This document shows, piece by piece, positions 1-10,073 of a stretch of DNA of 64,000 nucleotides. Source of the stretch: Ophelia neglecta (lineage: Eukaryota). The notes beneath the pieces were generated by a model. It searched no databases, was not told the origin of the DNA, and was given only the letters and a program-made list of their open reading frames with translations. Positions within the stretch are counted from its first letter, which is position 1; the number at the start of each line of letters is the position of its first letter. The stretch covers positions 11,594,001-11,658,000 of the forward strand of contig OZ260662.1 of assembly GCA_965285935.1 (NCBI GenBank), given 5' to 3'. Made by a program: the position numbers and the translations under genes.

Positions 1-1559
1 TTATCGACCACCTGCGATTTCACAAAGTCGGTTGTTTCACGTGAAGCAGAGAAAAATTCCTTATCGGCAGGGTTATTGATGGAGCTGAATTGTGTGGTAA
101 AATCCCCTAAGCTAATATCCGGATGCTTGACCTCAGCCTGACCTTGGGAGTTGAACTTAGCCCAATATTTCTTTAAGTCAGTGTCACGTAGGTTGACTAT
201 CTTACGAGTGACCTCAATTCGATGTAGGTATTTACAGAATTTAGAAGCACTGTTAAATATTTTCTTTGCTTCATACATCATACGCTCCACATTCTCAATA
301 CCCTCACAAAGTCTGCCCTCGTCTCTGCATTTTTTTGCATAGTCATATCGTCGCCTCCACTTGTAGAATGTGCGACGTTTGTCCACGCAGTCGTCGTCTT
401 CCCAGGGAAGACGATTGTGGATGTGAATAGGGGCTCTGTAGCGTGAGCCAGTTTTCTTGCCCATTGTTATCTTACACGTGTCCTGCAAAATATCAGTAAA
501 TTTTTCGACCTGCTCATCGATGGTCAGAGCAGTAGAGTTCACAATGTCATGCAAAGATTCATACTTGACCTCGAGTCTATCACGCAGTTCCCCGAGCTTT
601 TCGTCATCCCAGACGATCCTCCAACTTTCTATTTCAGTTACGAGAGGGGCAGGTGGGGTTTTTACCCTTATCCTGGTTTCAACGTAGGCATGATCCGAAT
701 GTTCAGTCAGGCCCGACACGTACAATTCTGACAAACGGCCTAAGTCTTTATCCAAAACAAGAATATAATCAACTAAGGAGTGATAAGACTCATTTTCGCC
801 ACCCAGATATGTACATGCTCCTGTCAGAAGGTCAGGGGAAATCCTGCCATTACCTATCCTAAGCCCAGTGACAATGCCAAGCTCTACCAGTAATTTTCCA
901 TAATTATTCGGAGCATGCTTATCGGCGGATTTGCGAGGTGATTCAGTGTCCACAGAGTAATCGTCAGGGCATTCGCTAAATCTTACACTATCAGCCGCGA
1001 TGTAATCTGGCAGACTTCCCACGTGAGCATTGAGGTCACCACACATGACAAAATGCAGGTCACGCGCAGAATATTTACACATGAGTGACAGTATATCATC
1101 GCGAACCATTTCAAAATATAACCCCTTTTCAGAACTAGGAACACAGTTTTCAGGTGGGAAATAGCACACACAGAACATCCATATCTGCTGCGTTTCACCA
1201 AGGTTCATGCCAGGGACGTTGTATCTTAACCAGATGTATTTATCCTCGAATCTCTTTTCCTCAGTAAAGTAAATAGCTAGATAGTCTTTTACGAAAATTG
1301 CTAAACCACCGGAACATCTGCGAGCGCGGGGGTGAATATCACGTTTGTTTGCAACAAAGGATGTATAGCCAGGAAGGTTGATGTTTTGGAGGTCACACCC
1401 CCAGGTTTCTTGAAGACAAATTATGTCTTTATTTCTGACAAGAGTCAAAAACGATTCGTCTACTAGCTTATTGTTAGACTTGGTTGCTAACCCATGCACG
1501 TTCCAGGTAATCAAAGATAGTTCATCAGCATCAGTTAGACGTACCTGACTCGGTGATTG
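1..1559 (-). CDS. LINE ORF2, N-terminal apurinic-like endonuclease domain (partial; RT expected beyond the window)
   Basis: Hand translation from 1559: QSPSQVRLTDADELSLITWNVHGL...DIICLQETW...SGGLAIFVK...CYFPP...MCGDLNAHVG...SLVDYILV...EHSDHAYV...PWEDDDC. All canonical APE motifs are present. Missing from the ORF track, consistent with the frame running off the window edge. Confidence 0.9.
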
Positions 1560-3860
1560 CTATTCTGAGTCACCACCGTCAGGCGTGTTGCGGTCAACAT
1601 GGGTAAGTTCACTGGTCGAGGGGTCAGCATTTCGCAATGTGTTATTGGCTATTGCACATCTGAAATCAGCTGGGCTTAATGGTCCATTAGTAGGCAATGC
1701 ACGATTGGCAGCAGTCAGTGGTGGTTGTGTACCACGCCGCATCGACGCAATGTCGGCCACGGCACCGGTCGGTACACGACTTGTCGATTGGGAGGACAGA
1801 GGTGTACCCTGTGAATTTACTGTGGCACATTTTGACTTTGATTCAATATTTTTCAGTCTAGCTGACCTCCTTCTGTCTTCGCAAACATTCAGATTTTTCA
1901 CAGTTTGTTTTAAATGTTTTTTATTGTTATTGATACCGCGGTTGGTCACAAGATTGGCGGTTATGATGCGAGGGTCATCAATTTCATCAAATGTAGAGTT
2001 TATTGACAGGATATTATCGGACAGTGTGTTTAGTTCACCAATATTGGACGGGGGTCTGCCGGGAGTTTCCTCATTGGTTAACACACTAAAGTGGGTTGCG
2101 GTCGAATGTGGTAGTTCCATCATCGCCTTGCCATTTATGGTATCTCTTTGCGGGTGTGTAGATTTTCCTACCATCCCACGTACCGTCGATGTTGCTGTTA
2201 CACCCGTTTCCGTTCCAGCCATAGACACAGATAAGTCAACAACTTCTCTACATAGCACGGGCTCTGCGATCTTGTTTTCTGACAAATGGGCTGGAGTCTG
2301 TTCCATCATGTCAAACACCCTTCCTCCCCCGCGAGGGTTAAGAGGGATGTCAGCGACAATCCGGTCAACCCCATACTCATTGCCCTTAAGTTGTCCTGTT
2401 ACCTCACGACTGACAGCTGAGTTCTGTTTACCCACGCCAGCAGCCAGTCCCTCCAGCCCTTTCAGGCCAGAAGGTCCAGCCGCCGGGCTTGTATCAAATC
2501 CATTCATGCGTGGGCCTAGTGATTCAAAGCCAGGTGGTGGTGATCCAAATTTATTTTGACTGGTGAGGCCGACCGATCTGGGAATGAATTCAGGGCATGT
2601 TGGGTCATACTCAAACGCAAACATGTTTGGTGTGAAGCTAGTGTCAACAATTGGGGTGAACACAACGCCATGCCTGCCGGGATGCGGAGTGGAATGTGTG
2701 AGTCGAGATACGTCGGTGTGTGTACTAGGGGTGGGACTATGCGTCAAAATCTCGGCATGGAATGACGCAGGTAGAGGGGATACAGTCTGTGGTTGAGATA
2801 GGGTAAAAATAGGTGATGGTAATTTATTGGTGGAACGTACTTTGTTAGAGGCTCCATTGGGGCGCTTGTTAGCCGCCTGCTCATCATCGGACCTCTTGCG
2901 CTTCCTTCTCTCGCTAAATCCACTAGGAAGTTCTCCCACTTCATGTCCCTTTTCTTCAATCATCTTCTTTACCGCCCGTTTGAGACCACTCAAGTCGGCA
3001 TTTTTTACGACTTCGGCTATCTCTTCACACGGACGACGATCATAGCCTTCGAAAAAGTCATAGAGCACTTTGTCACCAACCATGATCTTGGCCGGAAAGT
3101 CCAGTTTAATGTTCTTGTCTATTTTCCGTAGCTCAGTTACAAACGACATGAGCATAGAGCGTGCTGCTCTTATCGGAAAAGGCAGGTCTTTGCTCACAAG
3201 GTTGCTCATCCCCATCTCACGCGCGTTGTCGAAAACTCGCTTGAGCATATTCCTAAGTCGAAGTGAAATGACTATCATGTTGGTCTTATCAGTTCCGTCT
3301 TGTTGGTCGACACGTCGCACAAATCTGGGATTAAAATCTTTCAAGTCATTCTCCTTGAACTTTAGTACTTTTAGGAAATCTTTAGCCAGGTCTAGGTCAC
3401 TCCTGTCGTCACGCTTCTTTATCCCGAAGATAACAAGGTTGTTACCCTTTTTATCCACCTCGTAGCGAAGTTCTCTTAGCTGGTCACGGCTTAGCTTGAC
3501 CTTAAATTCAGCTCGGAGTGCGGCGATCTCGGCCTGGAGTAATTGACTATGCAATCGGTCCTCGTCGGCTTTCAGGATTACATCAGCGATACCTTTCTCA
3601 TTCACGACGATCCGGTCTGTTATGGCAGTCAATTCCCCTCTGATACCTGACACATCGGCTTTCACGGCTTCTGTGTTTTCCCCAATCACCTCCACATGGG
3701 TCAGTAAGGGCAACAGTGCCTTCAACATTTCACGGTCCGTTGGTTCCCCATCCTCGCCTGGCATTTTGATGGTAGAAAATGATCCAAAACTCAGGAAAAC
3801 CAAGGTTATTGCTATAGTTATTAATCTCATCTGATGACTGGTAAGTTCACAAGTTGGCAT
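1560..3860 (-). CDS. LINE ORF1 protein (coiled coil + RRM-like/L1 ORF1-like domain + long low-complexity C-terminal extension)
   Basis: 766-aa ORF with a heptad-rich N-terminus and 'KKGNNLVIFGIK' RRM-type motif; lies directly upstream of the endonuclease. An alternative start at 3764 (MPGEDG) is possible. Confidence 0.85.
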   Translation of the reverse strand: MPTCELTSHQMRLITIAITLVFLSFGSFSTIKMPGEDGEPTDREMLKALLPLLTHVEVIGENTEAVKADVSGIRGELTAITDRIVVNEKGIADVILKADEDRLHSQLLQAEIAALRAEFKVKLSRDQLRELRYEVDKKGNNLVIFGIKKRDDRSDLDLAKDFLKVLKFKENDLKDFNPRFVRRVDQQDGTDKTNMIVISLRLRNMLKRVFDNAREMGMSNLVSKDLPFPIRAARSMLMSFVTELRKIDKNIKLDFPAKIMVGDKVLYDFFEGYDRRPCEEIAEVVKNADLSGLKRAVKKMIEEKGHEVGELPSGFSERRKRKRSDDEQAANKRPNGASNKVRSTNKLPSPIFTLSQPQTVSPLPASFHAEILTHSPTPSTHTDVSRLTHSTPHPGRHGVVFTPIVDTSFTPNMFAFEYDPTCPEFIPRSVGLTSQNKFGSPPPGFESLGPRMNGFDTSPAAGPSGLKGLEGLAAGVGKQNSAVSREVTGQLKGNEYGVDRIVADIPLNPRGGGRVFDMMEQTPAHLSENKIAEPVLCREVVDLSVSMAGTETGVTATSTVRGMVGKSTHPQRDTINGKAMMELPHSTATHFSVLTNEETPGRPPSNIGELNTLSDNILSINSTFDEIDDPRIITANLVTNRGINNNKKHLKQTVKNLNVCEDRRRSARLKNIESKSKCATVNSQGTPLSSQSTSRVPTGAVADIASMRRGTQPPLTAANRALPTNGPLSPADFRCAIANNTLRNADPSTSELTHVDRNTPDGGDSE

Positions 3861-4299
3861 GTGGAAATCTAGGTGCAGATTACGGCAAAAAAACTAGCAG
3901 AAAGTCCAATTTTATAGTGGCTTCACCAACTGGCGTCCCACTTACACGCATGCGCTCTCACAATAGGTATACGTTACTTATACGTTACATGTCTGCTACT
4001 CGTTATCAAATTCATGTACATATATTATGATTTCATATTGTATTCATTGTGGTCTGAATAAAATGTTCTGATTCTGATTCTGATGTAAAATCACTGTTCT
4101 CCTTTGCATGCCGAGCCATGAAGGCATCACAGACAATGAGGCTGCCGACAAATGTGCGAAAGAGGCCCTGGATTAAACAATTTTCCAAGTCAAATGTCCA
4201 TTTTCTGAAAATAAAAGCCTCTTCAAGCCTTATGGCTGGAACCTATGGCGGACTTCCTGGGATCAGGCTACATAAAACCAATTACATGCCATCTGCCCC

Positions 4300-5170
4300 A
4301 CCATACCAATATTTTTAAGCTGCCTCATGTTTCACGACTTGATCACATCCCGTCTGCGAATTTGCAAATCCTATATTACACACCTTCATCTCCTGAAGAG
4401 GAATATCCACCATTTTGAAATGTTGGCAATTTAAAACCTTTATTTGAAAGGGTCTGTCCACAACGGATCCTTCGATACTTTAGAAGTGAGAAAGGAACAA
4501 AGGCAATCCTATCATTCTTCCTATAATCCCTCATCTTTTCTTTTAGTTTGTCTTCGATGCATCGCGTAACAGGATCAATGTCATCAGTTATAAATGAACC
4601 TGTTTTAGCTAAATTCTCAGAATCGGTTCTCTGTCGTTACGCTTTACCATTTTTACATGTAGCATTCTTGGCTTCTTCGGGCTTCCGTTTGGTGTCGCTT
4701 TATCAGACCGGAGTACAATGTACAATGTCTATCTCAGCATTTTGTCTTGTGACCCCTGTTTTGTGATCAAATAAGTTGTAAATACTCTGCTAAGTATCTC
4801 CTGTTTCACCGGTTATTTCTGTTATTACATGAATGACAGGATTACTCCTCCGGTTTCTGTTACTAGGGTCAACTGCTTTTCTATTGAGGGAGATGATCAT
4901 AATCTTACTTGCCATAGTTTGCTCAATAACTAAATCTCTCCCTCGATACTGTTTGGGCAGTTTTAACAAATCCTAGTCCATATTGTTAGTCAGTTTGTGT
5001 AGTTTCCACAGTTTTTATTGTCGCTTCTGACTTATCCATCCTGCCGTTTGGACATCTAGCTTGAAATCCATTGAATGAAGTTTGGATACGATTTTTTGTA
5101 GAAGATCCTCCGTAGAAACAGACGGCGAGTGAACTCCCTGGTGGGCATTTCCCTTATGTGCCATAGCTAT
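4300..5170 (-). pseudogene. Decayed LINE ORF1 remnant (second copy at ~18250-19120)
   Basis: Minus-strand translation SRNRRSNPVIHVITEITGETGDT*QSIYNLFDHKTGVTRQNAEIDIVHC resembles the L1/CR1 ORF1 RRM consensus (RRxNlvIxGIxE...IdxxHR); contains stops. Confidence 0.55.
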
Positions 5171-6379
5171 TTCGTAGAATGACAAAAAAAAAGTCATAAT
5201 AGTCAAGTCTGGGACAAATTGTTATTAACTACTCTTTCCGGTACACCTTATACGCTGCCTTTTCCAAAATCAGACCTACATTGAGTTTGCAAATATGTAA
5301 ATAAAAATTTGAAATAGCTCCCTCCCGAATAACAGCGGCTCCACTCCGTGACCATCATCATACGCATCCATAATAAGGCAAACATACACTATTACACCAA
5401 TTGCTCCATATATAATTTCCCCCCAGTATTCGATTAATGTTAAATAATGTCCGGCAGTAACATTTAGTTTACTGTCGCTGCTGGAAATAGATTAACCAAT
5501 TCCTTTATTATGTGAATATATTGTCATATAGGCAAATCGGGCAAAATACATTTTGGATGTTTCTGTCGCGGTATGGGTTCGGCTTCAGTGATTCCTCGCC
5601 TGACTGATTTTGATCCAAGGATAGCATTGCAGTTATCTAGATAACAGAGTTTAGAGCGCTTCGTTTATTCCAGCTAAAGGTGCAATGTGCAAGCCACGCA
5701 AACATTTCGAAACTATACGTAAAATATGTTGATATTTTGGTCAACAATCCCGCCGATATGCGGCAGAATGGCATGACCCAAATAAAATGTTTTTTTTTCT
5801 TCAAAACATGATTCTCTGTCCGCCGACAGGAAAGAAATTCGTCGGGAGGGCGGTCCAAAACATTATTCTGACGTGCAGTCGTGGCTATATTTACTGTTTA
5901 TCCCTCTCTATTCTGTCATCTCATCTCGCTCATGGGGCAAAAAACCGACTTTAGTTTTGCGGATTTGCATTTAGGCAGCAAAGGGGTTCAATAAATTATG
6001 CTAAATAAATTGTTTGGCTTTTTATCACCCGTTCGACCCTTACAAATAAATCCTTCTTATTCACCTAACCGATTGACTCAAAAATTTACCTGAAAATATT
6101 GGCAGCAATCAATTAGAAAAAAACTATCACTCTATGTTTATTTGTAAGTTGGACTAATACTGACCACCATATCTACCAATCAGCGTGAGCGTACCAGGGG
6201 CTGACCTCCATATTCACCTATCAGCGGTAAAGAACCAAGAGCCTTTTAACAGGTTAGGAAGATGCGTGTAACGTGGTTGGTAAACAACTAGGAGAGATCT
6301 CTTACAAACGTTTGTTTTCCACTCAAGAGCAAGTGATGCCACTTATCGATGAATATCTAATTGCGGCAATTAATAGAAA

Positions 6380-6594
6380 GGCTTTGTGTAAACGGCGAAC
6401 GCGAAAGCAGCGAAAGTAGCGGCATGGCTTCTTAAATTGAGCTAATATGAACACAATAATAACCCTACCCATACCCATTTATATCGAAAACAAAATTGAG
6501 TATGGGTTAGGGTTGGGTTATAAAATAACTAATTTTTTAGAGTATTGTGAAATGCTGCTTTCGCTGCTTTCGCGTTCGCCGTTTACACAAAGCC
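6380..6594. mobile_element. MITE with ~41-bp TIRs and 8-bp TSD
   Basis: TIR GGCTTTGTGTAAACGGCGAACGCGAAAGCAGCGAAAG.../reverse complement; TSD AATAGAAA on both sides; internal TAACCC/GGGTTA motifs. Confidence 0.9.
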
Positions 6595-9500
6595 AATAGA
6601 AATGTGTTATCGCCATAAACGTGGCGCACTTCTTGGTTTTCTCGGACAAGGTACCGGACTTTTCCGGACTTTCCCGGACTCAAAAGCTTTTAGGCTTTAC
6701 AACGACCATTAAACATCTGCCACAAACGGAAAGGCCAGCCGTGTTCGGCATTCCGCAAGGAGGCAAATCAAGTTTCTTTGCTGTGTTGCCAGTTTCGATC
6801 AAAGGATTATTTGTGCTGCATGCTGTGCCATCCAGCTTTAACCTTTTCCAGCGGGCTACATTAAGAAGGCGGATAGGGGGCTATGGAAAGATATTTAAAA
6901 GACAGCAATTGCAGAGCTTTGTGAAATCATGGCAACCTGAGCGTTTAAAGTCCATATAAAAAGGTTCTGCCCCCATCGGAATATTAACCCCGGACCTCTG
7001 GCATGATATGAAGGCAATATACCGAAGTTACAAATTGATAGCTCGCATGTACATTTTCAAAATGGCACCGTGGCCTTCATGTTGAACGTAGATCATCCGA
7101 CTCTTAATCAGTTGAAGAGCGTCCTGGGTCTCATAAAATTTGATCAAAATGGGTCCACAGACAAATATAGACACACACGCTCACACACACATACCCTCAC
7201 AGACACGACTCTTAACATATAATATTTGCTCCTCTGAGCCTACTATCTAGCAGGCGTCAGTCACATATCATGTCCCTGATGCTGTTATTATGGGAATTGG
7301 GATCAGAGGTATGAAATTAATGTTATTGTGAAATTATTGTGTTATTGTGTTGGCCATATACGAGACAAAATATTATCAATATGAATCGATACTTCCATGT
7401 TAAGCATTTTCCTAATAATGAAATTCCGAACAAATACCTGTCTGGTTAAGTAGAACATAAAATATGACTATTATCCATGTATTTTCATAGCAGTGTCATC
7501 ATATCGTTAAACTTTTTTATAATCTTCAGAGCTAAGGGCAATTCAATAGTCTGCAAACCACTGATTAATAATGATATGAGAAGAGTGTGGGGATAGAGGT
7601 TGTCTCCTATAAGCGCGGAATATCTTTTGTGGCTTTTCTTTTGTTCCAATGTAACCTTCTACTCTTAGAACACTCTCTTAACAAAACGTAAAATCTGCCC
7701 TGGCGCTTTTCCTGTTACAAGTACGTATTTGGAGTACCCTGTTTTCCTTTCAAAGTCCGGCGAATATTTTCAGCGGACTTCTTTTAGATGATTTAGAGCG
7801 AGCTGGATTATTGAGCCACAGTTTAAGAATATCTGTAGCCCCGTTGGTTACCGTTTCAGAATTCTTCCTGTTGCATTATCTACGTAGGCTATGGTATCGA
7901 GAATGATGCACCCATAATTATTCATAAAAGGCAACGCAGCAATTATCAAAAAAGCTTATCAAGTCAACAATCTTGGCCCCGCATGCCGTGTATAGAAGGC
8001 ACATCAATTTGTTGACCACTTTTCATACCACGTGATGTCTGATTTATTATATTTTATAATACATTTGTGTTCAGTCGATGTACCGGGGGCGTGAAAGAAT
8101 GTTCAAGACATGCGAATACACCATGTTATTTCTACTTAAAAATATCACCCCTATTCCGTTAAATGGTAGAGCCCATGTTGATAAGACTAGCTTGAAAAAT
8201 GTTACATATAAAGAAATTTTAAGATGTGGCCGTTTAATTTAATATTTAACGCAATGGTCCATGTTTTTTGTGTGGAAAGAATTGAGATATTTTCCACCGT
8301 GCTGATCCAGGCAAATGCTTTTCGTGACATCTAGTGAAGACCTGCAAAGTAAGCAATTTAATCCCTTTTGTGTCCAGCATGGCGAGGTTGATGATCTGGG
8401 ATAAGAGTGCGGATGCCGATGACAGAGATACATTATGGAGCCGTATCAATCTTTATTAATGCTTTGTGAGCTGAGATTATGGTAGCTTTTCAGACCGGAA
8501 ATGAGACAGTCAAGGTTTTTTTTCGCAAAACTGTATAAAATAATGATTTCCTATAATTTTGTTTTTGAGAAGGGATTTATACATTAACGCCATTTGCTGC
8601 TCTATTTCTATAAACCCTATATATTTGCAATTTTACTTCCTGGTGATATTTTGTTGTGGACGGATATCCGCTCCAGAGCTAAAATGACCGATTAGTGTTC
8701 TGAGCGATTCGAAAGGAACAAAACTGGTCAAAGAAGCAAACACAGGTGCGCATGCGATTGTTCTGAACTGCACGCTGTCATTGTTGTTCACAACATAGAT
8801 AGATTTAGCAAATCCGCTGATTATATTCAAATGAGTGTAAATAGGACTTATAATTAGATGAAATTGTTAGAATAATTGATTAAAAAAAGTCAAGACAAAT
8901 CAAGTATAGGTTTGTTAATCTATTTACTTACACCTATTAATATTGCACATTTCTTCAACAGCATTACATTTACACATTAAAAATAGCTGACATATGTCTA
9001 ATACAATACAATAAAAATCTTATTGAGCAATCATAGCAATAATAATCATATTAATTAAATAAAGGAACCATAACAATAGCACTTATACGAATCATAATAA
9101 GCAAAAATAGCAATAATAATCATATAAATCATCTCTTGCTAAACACCACCTTCATTTATATACTTGTAATCCACTTAAACCTTTACGATTCAACTATATA
9201 TAGATTTACCATGCCTAATTAATAGTCTTAAACACTTAACTCCTTCACCTAATGAACATTAACAATGAAATCACATCGTGAAAGGGCATCAGATAATAAC
9301 AATGTCTGTCCATTTAACAGGGTACATTTCCAAGTATAAATTTGGTAATAAAAAAACTCAATTTGTGTATTCTTCATTTCTTAAACTGTATTTTACTCAC
9401 GCACTTAAGAACGTAGATAACTCATAGAAATAGATGTTTTAAGGTCATTTTATTCATATGCTATTTTAAGAATCCATTTGGATATACGAATAAAAACACG

Positions 9501-10073
9501 ATAATGACTCAGAGTATCACATATTTTCTGGAGTATTGATCAACGGAAAGAAATCGTCTGAAGACTTACATCTTAACATACATTTCTGGCATTGTGCAGC
9601 TTCCCATTGTTCAGCAAATATTTAATAAAATAATGTTCATACATGATGATAAGTAAACCTATAACCAAAAAGGATACGACGATGGAAAATCGTAAAGTAC
9701 TTCTTGATAAATGTGATTTAAAGCTTGCTATACTAAAAAGTGTTAAGCTTGTATTTAGAGACCTACACGGTATAAGCCTAATCCATGTTTTGATGCTCGC
9801 TGGATTAAATGACAATCTCAGTAAAATGAATATCTGTCCCTCCATTTGACCACCTTGGATTGATACAATGGATGCCATGATAAACATTTTGCTTTCAGCA
9901 AATTGGTGACAGTGAAATTTCGGCTCTGCGCTACGGTAAAGAATGACATAAATGAATTTTGTTAATCCTTATTGTCCAGTCGTCCTTAAAAATAACATTT
10001 CCCATTTTGATGCCTTCGTGCGCTTTAGACCATGGCACACTGCTGCAGATCACACGGGAAATATTTCATAAAT

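Larger units (their letters stand above)
1..3967 (-). mobile_element. Non-LTR retrotransposon (LINE, APE-type, CR1/L2-like group), 5' portion; continues beyond the left edge
   Basis: ORF1 (3860-1560) is followed in frame by an APE-endonuclease ORF2. The 5' junction at ~3967 is defined by comparison with the empty site in the duplicate segment (17953). Confidence 0.9.
3968..8066 (+). repeat. ~4.1 kb direct repeat, copy 1
   Basis: Matches 17953-22017. The same short ORFs recur at offset 13951. Differences noticed: a 34-bp indel (~4121-4154) and about three substitutions. Confidence 0.95.

Noticed and set aside
1585-2559. 324-aa plus-strand ORF
   Set aside because: Antisense shadow of LINE ORF1; no recognisable motifs.
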